A stretch of DNA of 64,000 nt, from the NCBI GenBank assembly GCA_041744215.1, contig JBGTLG010000041.1, forward strand, positions 96,001-160,000. The letters run 5' to 3'. This stretch comes from Fimbriimonadales bacterium. GTDB taxonomy: Bacteria > Armatimonadota > Fimbriimonadia > Fimbriimonadales > ATM1. Positions 12,940 through 24,343 of the stretch are shown piece after piece (within the stretch, counting starts at the first letter, position 1; each line of letters opens with the position of its first letter). The notes beneath the pieces are model-generated. The model had not been told where the DNA came from. It worked only from the letters and a program-made list of their open reading frames with translations, and ran no database searches. The position numbers and the translations under genes were made by a program.

Positions 12940-14258
12940 GCTTCCGTGAGATACTCTCTGATGCTCGTGCTTCTCGCGATTGTTTCACAATCTGCACTGA
13001 GCTGCTGGGCGAGATTACCAAGAAGTGTTGCTTCCTTCGGGCCTGCAACAACCTTCTTCTGTGTCTCGGCTGCGAGGACGTTGCAGAACAGCTCGCTTTC
13101 GATCGGTCCACCTGAAACGCGAATCTCATCGAATGATTGGCCGACAAGTGCCTCGAGAATCTTTAGCTGCTGGGCATTCGATCGTGCAATGCTGACGACC
13201 GCGATTCCGATCCACTCAGCTTCGGAATCGGGCGCCCTGCCAAGAGACTTGCAAACCGCAGCAACCATACTTGGTGGATTGAAAAAGCGCTCGTCGCGCA
13301 GGTTCACCGAGTCAACATCCAATCGGGCGGTTCGAATCCAATCTGGAATTGATCCTTGAATGCGCAGCTCATCGTAAAGCCGATTCACGATGTAAAAACC
13401 GGCGACGTTTGTCAAGAACCGCACACGTCCATCCACGGCTCGCTCGTTTGAGAACCCCCCAATCTCTGCCTCGCGAGATAGGAGCGGTCGATCCAACAAA
13501 CAGCCAAGCAGCGACCATGTTCCCAAACTGATAAACGCTTGCTTGCGGCTCAGCTCACCCATCCCATGCACGGCGCAAGCTGTATCGTGCCCAGCTATAT
13601 GCACAAACTCGAGCGCAGAGTGGGCGATGCTAAATCGTTGGCCCGGAGCACGCGGCGCCTTCTTTGGGACTGGAACTTTCGCAATCTCGAATGCTCGGCC
13701 ACACCAGTCATGTCCGTCAGCGCTCAACAACTGAGAAGTCGACGCCATCGTCCACTCATTCTCCAACGGGGCACCAATAGTCCGGGCGAGCCAAGAAGGC
13801 AAGAACACCCAATCGCGACTGACGTCGTCTCCCCTCTCCCTTCGAGCTGCAAGTTGATAAATGGTATTGAACGGTTGATGTTGTATGCCGGTTTGCTGAA
13901 ACAGCTCCGATCGATGTTCTTCGAGTTCGGAGAACACTTCAAGGTGCTTAGAATCGCGATAGCTGACAACCGGAGGATCAGGGAGGCCAAACTCGTCAAG
14001 GAATCCAAAATCGACACCCCACGTATCGATGCCCAACGTGCACTTAGTAAAAGCGTTTGTTCCGTATTCGACCGCGCTTTCACAAAACTCCGTAAGCGCT
14101 GCAATGTCCCAAACCTCTCGGCCGTCTGCCAGGATCGGCCTGTGCTCAATCCGTTTGATTACTTCGAACTGAATCGAGCCGTCTTCTAGCCAACCCGCGG
14201 CGAACCGAGCGCTGGTCGCGCCCAGATCGACTGCAATCGCGCCAGTCGCTCTCTTCAT
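12936..14258 (-). CDS. FGGY carbohydrate kinase, rhamnulokinase-like
   Basis: AVDLGATSAR, GIDTWGVDF, YRD, FNTIYQL, HDTACA, SLGTWSL, EATLLGN. Confidence 0.85.
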   Translation of the reverse strand: MKRATGAIAVDLGATSARFAAGWLEDGSIQFEVIKRIEHRPILADGREVWDIAALTEFCESAVEYGTNAFTKCTLGIDTWGVDFGFLDEFGLPDPPVVSYRDSKHLEVFSELEEHRSELFQQTGIQHQPFNTIYQLAARRERGDDVSRDWVFLPSWLARTIGAPLENEWTMASTSQLLSADGHDWCGRAFEIAKVPVPKKAPRAPGQRFSIAHSALEFVHIAGHDTACAVHGMGELSRKQAFISLGTWSLLGCLLDRPLLSREAEIGGFSNERAVDGRVRFLTNVAGFYIVNRLYDELRIQGSIPDWIRTARLDVDSVNLRDERFFNPPSMVAAVCKSLGRAPDSEAEWIGIAVVSIARSNAQQLKILEALVGQSFDEIRVSGGPIESELFCNVLAAETQKKVVAGPKEATLLGNLAQQLSADCETIARSTSIREYLTEA

Positions 14259-15529
14259 TTTCCTTGTGCCATAGCGTCGTGTGCTGCAGTGTCGCCAGCT
14301 ACATAGCCAGTAGAGAATGCAGCCTGCAGATTGTATCCTCCTACCGGGCCCGCGATATCCAGTGCCTCACCGCAAAGATAGAGCCCGCGCACGATCGTTG
14401 ATCTCATTGACTTTTGATCAACCTCATCCAAAGCCACCCCACCAGCTACGCACTCGCCCTTCTCCAACGGCACACTTCGTACGTCGCCAAGAGTCCAGCC
14501 TTTGATCAACTCCACAATCCTGCTTCGCTCCTTTCGGCTTAGCGAGGCCAAGCTGCGAACCGGGTCGAGGGAGATGCTATCTAGCGCGCTCCGGACCAAC
14601 GCTTCGGGCATCAACTCAGCAATAAACGTACCAATTGAGCGCCTCGGATGTAGCGTCGAATACTCTACTAGTCGCTCCGTCGTTTGTTCAAAAGATGAGT
14701 CGGGCAAGATGTCAACTTCGAGCGATATCGGACCAAGCATCGCTCGCTCCGCCACGTCGCGACTGATCCCCAGAACTGTCGGCCCGGAGACACCGCGGTG
14801 CGTAAACAACACGTCGCCGCGCCATCTTGCGATCTCTTTGCCAGTTTGTCGCGCCTTCAATAGACAATCTCTGATAGCGACACCTGCGCGCGCCTCCATG
14901 CCGTCAACTCCAAGGTAGATTGGCGCAAGCGCCGCTCGAATTGGCACGATCGAGTGACCAAGACGCTTTACCCAGCCCCACGCATCGCCGGTTGTTCCAG
15001 ACTTTGGGTACGAACTGCCGCCAGTCGCCACAATCACCCGGTTGCAGTTAAGGACTCCCGTTTCAAGCACAACTCCCGCAACAAACCCATCTGTTGCGCT
15101 GATACCACGTACACGAGTGCGCATCTCTACTTTGACTTTCGCTTCATGAAGTAAGTCCGACAGTATACGCATCACGTCCTTCGCCGTACCTCCCGACGGA
15201 AAAATGCGATTGTCTGGGCGAGTGTAGACTTTCAGGCCTCGAGAAGTCAGCATGCCGACGATTTCCGCATTTGTAAACCGATAGAACGAGGGACGCAGAA
15301 ATGCTGCCTCGTTTTTTCGGAACGCTCGCAGCACCTCCTCAATCTCACCGTCGTGAGTGATGTTGCACTTGCCTCCCCCCGATATGAGAATCTTTGTGCC
15401 AAGGCGCTCTGTTTTCTCTAACAGGACTGTCTTGGCACCTATGCTCGCCGCACGCCAAGCGGCGATGATTCCGGCAGCCCCGCCGCCGACAACAACTACA
15501 TCCGGAGCACTCTTCGAGCCTATCTGCAA
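14255..15529 (-). CDS. HI0933/BaiN family flavoprotein oxidoreductase
   Basis: GGGAAG, KILISGGGKCNIT, ATGGSSYP..GTTGD, GGYNLQAAFSTG. Confidence 0.92.
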   Translation of the reverse strand: MQIGSKSAPDVVVVGGGAAGIIAAWRAASIGAKTVLLEKTERLGTKILISGGGKCNITHDGEIEEVLRAFRKNEAAFLRPSFYRFTNAEIVGMLTSRGLKVYTRPDNRIFPSGGTAKDVMRILSDLLHEAKVKVEMRTRVRGISATDGFVAGVVLETGVLNCNRVIVATGGSSYPKSGTTGDAWGWVKRLGHSIVPIRAALAPIYLGVDGMEARAGVAIRDCLLKARQTGKEIARWRGDVLFTHRGVSGPTVLGISRDVAERAMLGPISLEVDILPDSSFEQTTERLVEYSTLHPRRSIGTFIAELMPEALVRSALDSISLDPVRSLASLSRKERSRIVELIKGWTLGDVRSVPLEKGECVAGGVALDEVDQKSMRSTIVRGLYLCGEALDIAGPVGGYNLQAAFSTGYVAGDTAAHDAMAQGK

Positions 15530-15570
15530 AGTGGCCTCCGCGGCGACAGTCGTCGGGCCCTTATGTAGAC

Positions 15571-15885
15571 TTACCAGCCGTCCACAGTAAAGTACCGACT
15601 AACAAAGTCACTCATGCCAAAGACGAACATGATCAACAAGAAGAACAGTCCAGCTGCGGCCCAAATCTGCGCAAGCCGGGTCGAGTTTTTTAGGTTCATG
15701 AAATACAAGATAACCAACCCCGCCTTCGTGCAAGCAATGAATATAGCAAGAAGGATGTTTAGGTCTATGCCCCACAGCTTGAAGTGCCAATTCAGCGCAG
15801 AGTAGACCGTAAACGCTGTCAGCCCAAGGAGTAACGCGAAGACTCCTAAGTACGTTTTCACATCAGGCATGTTATGTCCAGACAT
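15571..15885 (-). CDS. Cytochrome c oxidase subunit IV (caa3-type)
   Basis: Three TM helices, KAGLVILYFMNLK; last gene of oxidase operon. Confidence 0.88.
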   Translation of the reverse strand: MSGHNMPDVKTYLGVFALLLGLTAFTVYSALNWHFKLWGIDLNILLAIFIACTKAGLVILYFMNLKNSTRLAQIWAAAGLFFLLIMFVFGMSDFVSRYFTVDGW

Positions 15886-15898
15886 TGATGAAACCTCT

Positions 15899-16564
15899 CT
15901 ACCCTACCAAGTACAACATTGGGAACAGGAAAATCCAAACCAGGTCTACGAAGTGCCAGTAGAGGCCGGCGAGCTCAATCGGAATGTAGTCCGTCACCTG
16001 ATTGCGCATGCGATACACACGCACCGCAAGCCACGCCATGATCAAGATTCCAATGAGCACGTGTAAGCCGTGCAGCCCGGTCATCACGAAATACAAGCCG
16101 AAGAAGATTTGCGCGCCTCCGGCATCGACGCCTTCTACGTTGAACTGGAAGTCTCCGCCAGGCCAAAGATGATGTTCGAACTTCGAGCTGTACTCGACGT
16201 ACTTCACGGCCATAAACCCAAACGCAAGCACGCAAGTGGCGATCAGCCAACCGATCGTCGCTCGCCACCGATTCATAATCGAGGCGCGCACTCCGAGCGC
16301 CATCGTCAATGAGCTTGTGAGCAGGATCGTGGTGTTGAGCGCGCCCAGCGTCCAATCCAACTTGTGGTGGGCCGCCACGAACGCGTCGAGATACATGTGG
16401 CGATAGACGATGAACGCAGTAAACAGCCCCCCAAAGAACAGGAGCTCCTGAGCCAAGAACACCCACATGCCGAGGGAGTAGGACTTGAACTGCTGGTCCT
16501 CATCCTCAAACTGGTGTGCGACTGGGAGGTGCGTGTCGCTGACGTGAGCGTCAGACATGCTCAT
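15899..16564 (-). CDS. ctaE: Cytochrome c oxidase subunit III
   Basis: [34 protein letters not shown]. Confidence 0.95.
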   Translation of the reverse strand: MSMSDAHVSDTHLPVAHQFEDEDQQFKSYSLGMWVFLAQELLFFGGLFTAFIVYRHMYLDAFVAAHHKLDWTLGALNTTILLTSSLTMALGVRASIMNRWRATIGWLIATCVLAFGFMAVKYVEYSSKFEHHLWPGGDFQFNVEGVDAGGAQIFFGLYFVMTGLHGLHVLIGILIMAWLAVRVYRMRNQVTDYIPIELAGLYWHFVDLVWIFLFPMLYLVG

Positions 16565-18194
16565 ACTCCTTTTCCTCTTCGCGCAGCTCTGGCGTGTAGT
16601 GATACGCCTCCTCTGTCACAACCGGCTTGGTAGCAAAATTCTCTGTGGGAGGCGGCGATGGCGTCTGCCATTCCAGACCTTTCGCACCCCAGGGGTTGGC
16701 GGAAGCCTTGTCGCCGTACCACAGCGACCAAATCAGGTAGCCGATGGTCAAGATAAAGCCCGAAGCAAGGATGGATGCGCCCGCGGAAGACAAGACGTGC
16801 AAGACTTGCCACTCTTCCGGATAGCTGTGATATCTGCGCGGCATGCCCATGTATCCAAGAATAAACTGAGGCATAAACGTCAGGTTAAAGCCGATGAAAG
16901 TCACGAGCGCGGACAGCTTGCCCATTCCCTCTGGATACATGCGGCCAGTCATTTTCGGCCACCAGAAGTGGATGCCCGCAAGGAATGCGATGATTTGGCC
17001 GCCGACCATCACATAGTGGAAGTGGGCCACTACGAAATAGGTGTCGTGGAGGTGAATGTCCATCGCCATCGAGGCCAAGAAGAGTCCAGTGAGTCCTCCT
17101 ATTGTAAACAGGCCCATGAAAGACAATGCAAACAGCATTGGCGCTGCCAAATGGATGGAGCCCTTGTACAGCGTCGCCGTCCAATTGAAGATCTTGATCG
17201 CAGAAGGGATGGCGACGAGGAAGGTAATCACAGAGAACACCATTCCCGCATACATTGACTGACCGCTTACGAACATATGGTGGCCCCAGACGAAGAAGCC
17301 AAGGACAGCGATAGCCAAGCTGGAGTACGCAACAAAGTCGTAGCCAAAAATCCGTCGGCGCGCGAAGCAAGCGATCACTTCGCTGATGACTCCCATGCCC
17401 GGCAAGATCATGATGTAGACCGCAGGGTGAGAATAGAACCAAAACAGATGTTGGAAGAGCACCGGATCGCCGCCCAAGTTCGGGTCAAAAATCCCGATCT
17501 TTGCGACTCGCTCCACTCCGACAAGGAACAGCGTGATAGCGATTACTGGCGTTCCCAAGACCTGAATGAGACTCGTGGCGTAGTGCGCCCAAACGAAGAG
17601 AGGTAAACGCGACCACGTTAATCCTGGCGCGCGCATCATGTGAATGGTCACGATAAAGTTCACGCCAGTCATGATCGACGAGAACCCCGCAACAAAAGCT
17701 GCGGAAACGGCCAGAACCACAGCGCCATGTGCAAAGGTTGAGCTTAGCGGCGTGTAAAACGTCCAGCCAGTATCGACGCCTCCCGATACCAGCGCAATCG
17801 TGCCGAGGACCGCGCCAGCCATGAAGACGTACCAACTGAGCAAGTTAAGCCGAGGGAACGCAACGTCCTTTGCGCCTAACATCAGTGGCAGCAAGAAGTT
17901 GCCGAGCACGGCTGGGATCGACGGTATCAAGAAGAAGAAGATCAACGTGACGCCGTGCATCGTAAACGTCTTGTTGTAAGTGTCCGACAACAGGAAGTCG
18001 CCTTGGGGCGTCAATAGTTCATAACGAATCAGCAACGCCATCGACCCACCGATGAGGAAGAAGATCAGGATCGCGATGAGATACAACAGCCCAATTCGCT
18101 TGTGGTCAAGCGTTATCAACCACGACTTAAGGCTGTAGTCGCAGTTGAGGTAATTCACCGATCCTCGCTGCTCAATTGAAGTAGTTGCGCTCAT
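16551..18194 (-). CDS. ctaD: Cytochrome c oxidase subunit I (heme-copper, type A2)
   Basis: [23 protein letters not shown] (YS motif), WGHH, HFHY, MPRR. Confidence 0.98.
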   Translation of the reverse strand: MSATTSIEQRGSVNYLNCDYSLKSWLITLDHKRIGLLYLIAILIFFLIGGSMALLIRYELLTPQGDFLLSDTYNKTFTMHGVTLIFFFLIPSIPAVLGNFLLPLMLGAKDVAFPRLNLLSWYVFMAGAVLGTIALVSGGVDTGWTFYTPLSSTFAHGAVVLAVSAAFVAGFSSIMTGVNFIVTIHMMRAPGLTWSRLPLFVWAHYATSLIQVLGTPVIAITLFLVGVERVAKIGIFDPNLGGDPVLFQHLFWFYSHPAVYIMILPGMGVISEVIACFARRRIFGYDFVAYSSLAIAVLGFFVWGHHMFVSGQSMYAGMVFSVITFLVAIPSAIKIFNWTATLYKGSIHLAAPMLFALSFMGLFTIGGLTGLFLASMAMDIHLHDTYFVVAHFHYVMVGGQIIAFLAGIHFWWPKMTGRMYPEGMGKLSALVTFIGFNLTFMPQFILGYMGMPRRYHSYPEEWQVLHVLSSAGASILASGFILTIGYLIWSLWYGDKASANPWGAKGLEWQTPSPPPTENFATKPVVTEEAYHYTPELREEEKEYEHV

Positions 18195-18197
18195 GGA

Positions 18198-19196
18198 TTA
18201 TCCTTCAGCCTCATCAGAAAGTGGCGGGGTCGATGCGGTAGGCAATTCTTTCAGAGATCGAATGTAAGCGATCAGCTGAAGAATTTGCTGTTCGTCGATT
18301 GTTGGGTAAGGCGGCATTCCGTCTTTGTCCTCCCACCCCGAAAGAATCATCTTTTGCGGCTCACGTATCGAATCGCGGATGTAGCCTTCATCCGCAGTCA
18401 CGAACCGGCCATCGGATAGGGCTCGCTGCGTGCCAAACATCCCCGCCAGCGGAGGACCACTCGTCGATCCAGGCGAGTGACAGCCACTGCACTCCAGTCT
18501 AGTGAACAGCTTTGCGCCCTGCTCAGCGAGTGACTCCGTGCGCTGTGCGGCACGGATCCCCCACTGCGTTTCTTCGAGCCAAGTCTCATAACCTTCTTCT
18601 GAAAGAACGGTAACCGTGCCGATCATCTCAGCGTGTTTTGTGCCGCAATACTCGGCGCAGAAGAGATGATAGGTTCCCGTCTTTGTGGCCTCAAACCAGA
18701 GCGTTGTGTATCTGCCAGGCAACACATCTTGCTTGACTCTAAACGCGGGCACATAGAAGCTGTGTAGAACATCCTGCGATATCATCGTAAGCTTCACGGG
18801 TCGACCCACAGGAATATGCAGGGTGTTGTTCTCACGCTGGCCCGTCGGGTGCTGCAAGTGCCACATCCATTGCTTCCCAATGACGATGATTTCGAGCGCG
18901 TCCCGCGAAGGAATCGGCTTTTGCATCTCGATAAACAGCTTTGCTGACCATCCGAAAACTACGAGCGACATCAGAAGAGGAATCACGGACCACGTTAGCT
19001 CAAGCGGCATGTTGTGACTCGGCGGGCGACTACGATCTGCCTTTGATCCAGCTCGATACTTGACGATGAAGTACAAGATCGCCGCGAACACGCCAATCGA
19101 AAAGAAAACGGTGAGCGCGGTCAGCACGTAGTAAATCAGATCTACTTCAGGTGCGACTTTTGACGCCTGCTCGGGGAAGAAGGGAATGCCTTTCAT
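18198..19196 (-). CDS. ctaC: Cytochrome c oxidase subunit II with C-terminal cytochrome c (caa3)
   Basis: DVLHSF, CuA motif CAEYCGTKHAEM, heme motif CSGCH and MPP. Confidence 0.96.
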   Translation of the reverse strand: MKGIPFFPEQASKVAPEVDLIYYVLTALTVFFSIGVFAAILYFIVKYRAGSKADRSRPPSHNMPLELTWSVIPLLMSLVVFGWSAKLFIEMQKPIPSRDALEIIVIGKQWMWHLQHPTGQRENNTLHIPVGRPVKLTMISQDVLHSFYVPAFRVKQDVLPGRYTTLWFEATKTGTYHLFCAEYCGTKHAEMIGTVTVLSEEGYETWLEETQWGIRAAQRTESLAEQGAKLFTRLECSGCHSPGSTSGPPLAGMFGTQRALSDGRFVTADEGYIRDSIREPQKMILSGWEDKDGMPPYPTIDEQQILQLIAYIRSLKELPTASTPPLSDEAEG

Positions 19197-19208
19197 TGGA
19201 TCGACACC

Positions 19209-20045
19209 TTAGTTTTCGCCCTCCGAAAAGTGAATGGGGCGCCGCAGCTTCTCGCGCCGAACCATAAGCGCAATCGTCGTCGCCAATACCAAGAGCGTGA
19301 GTATGCCAGCAATCTGAAGGACGCGAAGTATCGCGAAACCATACGTGCCAGTTGAAGGATCGTAGATGAGGCAATAAAGCGTCGCAGCATCAACGAAGGT
19401 GCCAATTTTGTTTTCTGATGCCTCAATTAGAGCTAACCTAAGATCCCGTGCCGAGTACTCGATCCCGTAAAAGTACTTCGAGACCTTCCCATGCGGTGTC
19501 GACACGATGATGACGGCCGGGTGCGCATACTGATCCGTACTCTCATCGTAAGTGTATGAAAAACCCACGACTTTGGCAAGCTTCTGAATGGCTGCCTCTT
19601 CGCCGGTTAGGAAGTGCCATCCGATGGCCGCGCCCTCACGATCGTAGCTCTCGATGTAGGAGCGCTTCTTCTTCGCGGCAACATCCGACGTCTCCCGAGG
19701 ATCAATTCCCACAAAGACCACGTCGTACTCATCACCCGCATTGAATCGAAGGACTTTCATTGCAGCGAGCAGACCGTTCATCACCTGGTTGCACAGCATC
19801 GGGCATTTGTAGTAGACCAACGTGACGACGATCGGTTTTCCGCGATAAAGCTCTCGCAGGGTTACCTCCTTGCCGTCATCGTTTCGAAAAGCGAGGTCAA
19901 GTGGGATCTGCGCGTCAAGCTTTTGCGAGATTGCCACTTTCGAGGCAACGGACATCGCGGGGCCAGATATAGGAGGCGATTGTGCAGCCGCGGCACTAAA
20001 CACCGCTGCGGTCGCCACACAGCACACCAAGAGCCTAAGCCTCAC
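19209..20045 (-). CDS. SCO1/SenC copper chaperone
   Basis: Signal peptide, CPMLC, QYAH, C-terminal TM; lies between act and cta genes. Confidence 0.9.
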   Translation of the reverse strand: MRLRLLVCCVATAAVFSAAAAQSPPISGPAMSVASKVAISQKLDAQIPLDLAFRNDDGKEVTLRELYRGKPIVVTLVYYKCPMLCNQVMNGLLAAMKVLRFNAGDEYDVVFVGIDPRETSDVAAKKKRSYIESYDREGAAIGWHFLTGEEAAIQKLAKVVGFSYTYDESTDQYAHPAVIIVSTPHGKVSKYFYGIEYSARDLRLALIEASENKIGTFVDAATLYCLIYDPSTGTYGFAILRVLQIAGILTLLVLATTIALMVRREKLRRPIHFSEGEN

Positions 20046-20557
20046 TGTGTTGCCTCCTCATTTTCAGGCTGCGCTTCAGGCGGCGGCTCCTGTGCTGCTT
20101 CACCGCGATAGGGGAGCCCTTCCGATAACACAATATCCATCGCGCGATCGACCGGAATGTGGGCCAAGCCCGCACCTTGATCGATCCAGCCGTATTGGTT
20201 GACTCGCTTGCCTTCGGCCTCACGCAATTCATCCATATCTCGTTGAGGCTCTGCCTGCAACAGCGGCGAATCAGCCAACTGAGTGCGTTGATCGGCGAAC
20301 GGTGATGGATCCGGAGTCGGCCCGGCCCCCTTCGCCCAATACGTTTCCAAAATGCGCATTCCGACAATTGACGCGACCGCCATCACAACTAGAAAAGCGA
20401 CGAATGAAACTACACGGCGAGGCTTAAGAAACTCTTGCGTTTCATAACCCATGCTCGAATCGCCAGGAGGCTCGCCAAGGAAGTCATGCTCCTCGTCGAT
20501 CATCTCTGGAGAATCCGAACCTATCGTCGGCTTATCATGCTTGGGATCGTCATGCAT
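20042..20557 (-). CDS. Single-TM membrane protein, probable ActG-position subunit of alternative complex III
   Basis: One TM helix, GYE, PLLQ..P, YGWIDQ..G.AHIPVDRAM; coupled between actF and SCO. Confidence 0.6.
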   Translation of the reverse strand: MHDDPKHDKPTIGSDSPEMIDEEHDFLGEPPGDSSMGYETQEFLKPRRVVSFVAFLVVMAVASIVGMRILETYWAKGAGPTPDPSPFADQRTQLADSPLLQAEPQRDMDELREAEGKRVNQYGWIDQGAGLAHIPVDRAMDIVLSEGLPYRGEAAQEPPPEAQPENEEATQ

Positions 20558-21731
20558 GGGTGATGGCCTCCGCCGGTTTCGGCAATTCGACGTACTTTGG
20601 ATAAAGCTTCGTTGTTCTCAATCGCCACATCATTACGGCAAGCCAGAATCCGCCGATTCCGACAATCGCCGCTGCGTCCGTCCAAACAAACGAGAATCCC
20701 TCGCGGTGAAGCGACGGAACGACATTCCACGTCACGTCAACCAACCGTATGAGAACGATGAAGAGCGCGACGCCTCCCAGTAGCGCTGGAGTTCGCTTCG
20801 TTCTGCTGGATAGCAGCAGGAAGAACGGGAGCATGAAGTGGAGGAAGATCAGCGCACCTCCGACAAACTCCCATCCGCCAACGTTGCGCTTTATGAAGTA
20901 GGGAATCTCTTCAGGCAAGTTACCGGAGTAAGTGATGAGATACTGCGAAAACGACATGTATGCCCACAAAACCGTGAGCGTGAACAGCAAGTTGCCCAGA
21001 TCCTTCCACTGATAGTTGTACAGCTTGCCAACAAAGGATTCGGTCTTCCGAGCCAAAACCAAGAAGAACGTGCCGAGAGCCATCGCGCTAAGCGCGCAGC
21101 CTATAACAAAAAGTAGCCCCAGAATGGTCGAGAACCACTCCTTTTCGAGCGACATCACCCAGTCGGTTACTGCAAAGTTCGCGGTGATAACGAACAAGAC
21201 TGCCCAAGGCGCGGCAAAAGACTGTCGCGCGCCAGCCAAGCGCGGGTCTCCAGTAGCATCCTCCTCGCGCGACCGCTTTGTCAACCAAAACCAGCCGAAT
21301 ATCCAGACAGCAAAGTAGATCGCCGCACGTCCCGCAAAGAAGCCTGGGTTGAGATACGCGGTCTTGCCAGCAACTAATTTGTTCGTCGCCAAAACATCGG
21401 GATCAGCCCACGGATAAAGGTGCGGCATTCCGCCAACGATGAGGCCAACGACGAGGACGGCCATCAAGATCAAGTTGGTCGCACCGGCGTCCCAAAACCG
21501 AACAAGGGCGGTGCCCCAACTCCCGCGAGTGATATTTTGAAGGATGATCAGCGCCAGGCATCCCAGCGTCAACGACATCCAAACCATGAACCCGAAGAGG
21601 TAGGAGCCCCATGCGCCCGCAACGCCAGTGGCGATCGCGAAGATCAGGCCACCCATTCCGAGTGCACCAAGTGCGATGCCTCCTGCTTGGATCTTCTTCA
21701 AAGCAGGCATGCTCTGATCGTTAGTGATCAC
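20550..21731 (-). CDS. actF: Alternative complex III membrane subunit ActF
   Basis: Polytopic; YLN..FF..R, DWVMSLE..WFST, DLG.L.F, SQYLITY.GNLPEE; GTG start with GGAGG. Confidence 0.88.
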   Translation of the reverse strand: MITNDQSMPALKKIQAGGIALGALGMGGLIFAIATGVAGAWGSYLFGFMVWMSLTLGCLALIILQNITRGSWGTALVRFWDAGATNLILMAVLVVGLIVGGMPHLYPWADPDVLATNKLVAGKTAYLNPGFFAGRAAIYFAVWIFGWFWLTKRSREEDATGDPRLAGARQSFAAPWAVLFVITANFAVTDWVMSLEKEWFSTILGLLFVIGCALSAMALGTFFLVLARKTESFVGKLYNYQWKDLGNLLFTLTVLWAYMSFSQYLITYSGNLPEEIPYFIKRNVGGWEFVGGALIFLHFMLPFFLLLSSRTKRTPALLGGVALFIVLIRLVDVTWNVVPSLHREGFSFVWTDAAAIVGIGGFWLAVMMWRLRTTKLYPKYVELPKPAEAITHA

Positions 21732-22356
21732 TCGGCGAGCCTCCTGCGCTCGGGTTGTCCATGTTTGCTCTTTCGTTATCAGGAATGTCTGCGGCCGTGG
21801 CTGACTGGCTCCGCTGCAGTGCGCGGATGTAGGCGACCGTTGCCCACTTCTCATCCACGGACATAACCTTGCCAAGCGGAGGATGCACTTTGTCTTGCTT
21901 GGCGGGATCCGAGATTCCGTTCAACACGTCGAAGCCAAGTGTCAACACTCCAAAGTAGTAGCCGATGGGTCTTGACATGATGGATGGATCAGTGAGCGGC
22001 TTAGGCTGTTGGAAGCCTCGCTGAACGATCATGCCCTGCCCGTCGCCCGATTGACCGTGACAAGGAAGGCAAAAGATATCGAATCGCTCTCGTCCACTCT
22101 CCAGCATCTCTTTCGTCACGCGGTATGGGAATCGTGTTGCAACCGCGCCGTTCTCTGTGCCTTGGTGCAGTAGCTCATCCTCGTTCAGTTGCCCTCGCGG
22201 AACGGTCCCCGACACCGGCATCCTCGCACCTGACCCATCCCTGAAGAACTCCGACTCATCGAATGTCGTGACTTTGGGCTGATCCCACATATCACGGTGA
22301 CATCCGACGACCAAAAGAGCGACAACCGAAATGAACGCCAGCGAAAAACGGCTCAC
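21721..22356 (-). CDS. actE: Alternative complex III monoheme cytochrome c lipoprotein ActE
   Basis: Lipobox LVVGC, DMWDQPK, GTVPRG, CLPCH. Confidence 0.88.
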   Translation of the reverse strand: MSRFSLAFISVVALLVVGCHRDMWDQPKVTTFDESEFFRDGSGARMPVSGTVPRGQLNEDELLHQGTENGAVATRFPYRVTKEMLESGRERFDIFCLPCHGQSGDGQGMIVQRGFQQPKPLTDPSIMSRPIGYYFGVLTLGFDVLNGISDPAKQDKVHPPLGKVMSVDEKWATVAYIRALQRSQSATAADIPDNERANMDNPSAGGSPSDH

Positions 22357-22907
22357 GCTTCGACCTCCTCGATGGTCTCGGCCCCAATGCTTGCCAAGAA
22401 CTCCCGCGTTCTCGCGCTGTCAAACTTCGGATCCGTAGACTCAATACACAGAAAGAACCTGTCATCCGTAACTCGGCTAAAGCTCTTTGTGCCAAAGAGC
22501 GGATGGTGCGGTCGAGGCAAACCGTTCAGCGCCAACATGCCTACCAACGCTGATAGTGCGGCGGCCAGGATCCCGCATTCGAATGTCACCGGAATAAACG
22601 ACGGCCAGCTAATGTCGGGCCTACCGCCCACATTCATCGGGTAGTCGTATGCGTGCACGTACACTTGCAGGAGAAATCCGAGTGCGGCGCCAGTCATGCC
22701 CGAAATGAACACGATCCACGGAACGCGGTCATCGCGGGTTCCAATCTCATCGGCCAATCCTTCCACAGCAAACGGAGTGAATGCGTCCATCGCAACGTAA
22801 CCCTCTTCGCGCGCTTTCTTTGTTGCTGCGGCGAGAGCCTCAGGCGATTCGAACGCTGCGAGGAGACCATATGTCGTTGGCTGTAGTGCCGCGGGTGCGT
22901 GGCTCAT
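22353..22907 (-). CDS. actD: Alternative complex III subunit ActD (DUF3341)
   Basis: DAFTPF.VEG, YPMNVGGRP, FIPVTFE, NGLPR.HHP.F. Confidence 0.9.
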   Translation of the reverse strand: MSHAPAALQPTTYGLLAAFESPEALAAATKKAREEGYVAMDAFTPFAVEGLADEIGTRDDRVPWIVFISGMTGAALGFLLQVYVHAYDYPMNVGGRPDISWPSFIPVTFECGILAAALSALVGMLALNGLPRPHHPLFGTKSFSRVTDDRFFLCIESTDPKFDSARTREFLASIGAETIEEVEA

Positions 22908-22909
22908 AG

Positions 22910-24322
22910 TTAGTGATGCCCTCCTGCGCCTGCATGCGCTTCATCGTGCTCGGCATGCAGCTGATGCTTCATCTCCGCAACCGGGATGATCGGAACGAAC
23001 CGGAAGTAAAGCACCATGCCCGTAATGAACAGGCCAAACGTGCCAACAAACATCGAGATGTCAAAAATGGTTGGGTTGTACATGCCCCAACTCGACGGCA
23101 TAAAGTCGCGATGGAGGCTTACAGGAACGATCACAAACCGCTCAAGCCACATACCAACTCCCACGATTAATGAGATGACCCAAAGCCAAGCCATGTTGAG
23201 GCGGATCTTTCGTGACCACAAGAACTGCGGAACGAGCCCGTTGCAGAAGATCAGACCCCAGTACAGATACATGTACGGACCAAATGCGCGGTTGTACATC
23301 ATGTACCACTCGTAAATGTTGCCGGAGTACCACGCGTAAAACGCCTCCATAATGTAACCGTAGAACACGATCAAGCCTGTTGTCAGCATGATCTTCGCCA
23401 TCCAATCGATATGCTTGATCGTAATGAAATCTTCCAAGTTGTACCATTTGCGAATCGGAATCACGAAGTTGAGCACCATCGCGAAGCCAGCGTACACAGC
23501 GCCCGCAACGAAGTACGGCGGGAAGATGGTCGCGTGCCAACCAGGAAGAATCGAAACGGCGAAGTCAAGGCTAACGATCGAGTGCACCGAAACGACAAGC
23601 GGCGTCGAGAGTCCCGCGAGAAGCAGATAGGCAGACTCGTAACGGTGCCAATGGCCGACCGATCCACGCCAGCCCATAGCGAGCATTCCGGTCGTCATCT
23701 GCATGACTCGGCTCCTCACCTTGTCGCGCAATCCTGCGATATCGGGGATCAGCCCCATGTACCAAAACAGCGCGGAAACCGTCAGATAAGTTGAAACGGC
23801 GAAGACGTCCCAGACCAGCGGACTGCGAAACTGTGGCCACACTCCGAGCGCATTCGGGTAGGGGAACAACCAATACGCAACCCATGGACGCCCCGTGTGG
23901 AACAGGGGGAACAAGCCTGCGCACATAACCGCGAACAGCGTCATTGTCTCAGCAAGGCGGTTAATCGACGTTCGCCATCGCTGACGCATCAGAAGCAAGA
24001 TCGCCGATATGAGCGTTCCTGCGTGACCGATACCGATCCACCATACGAAGTTGATGATGTCGAAGCCCCAACCGACAGGAACGTTGACGCCCCACAGCCC
24101 GATCCCTACAAAGACGAGCAAAACCAGCGTCAACACCATCACGCCCAGCGCGCCTGCACCCAAAGCGAGCGCTAACAGCCACCCTTTGGTGAACTTGTTG
24201 TTGAGAATGATCGAATCGATCTTGGTCGTTATCGACCGATTGTCATACTCGCCGTCGATCATCCGCTCCGGGAGCATCACCTCCGGCTCGTGTTGCCCAA
24301 TCTTCTCGTCTATCGTCTGCAT
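22910..24322 (-). CDS. actC: Alternative complex III quinol-binding subunit ActC (NrfD/PsrC family)
   Basis: [52 protein letters not shown]. Confidence 0.95.
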   Translation of the reverse strand: MQTIDEKIGQHEPEVMLPERMIDGEYDNRSITTKIDSIILNNKFTKGWLLALALGAGALGVMVLTLVLLVFVGIGLWGVNVPVGWGFDIINFVWWIGIGHAGTLISAILLLMRQRWRTSINRLAETMTLFAVMCAGLFPLFHTGRPWVAYWLFPYPNALGVWPQFRSPLVWDVFAVSTYLTVSALFWYMGLIPDIAGLRDKVRSRVMQMTTGMLAMGWRGSVGHWHRYESAYLLLAGLSTPLVVSVHSIVSLDFAVSILPGWHATIFPPYFVAGAVYAGFAMVLNFVIPIRKWYNLEDFITIKHIDWMAKIMLTTGLIVFYGYIMEAFYAWYSGNIYEWYMMYNRAFGPYMYLYWGLIFCNGLVPQFLWSRKIRLNMAWLWVISLIVGVGMWLERFVIVPVSLHRDFMPSSWGMYNPTIFDISMFVGTFGLFITGMVLYFRFVPIIPVAEMKHQLHAEHDEAHAGAGGHH

Positions 24323-24343
24323 GGGGTGTATGGCAGTGGCGAC

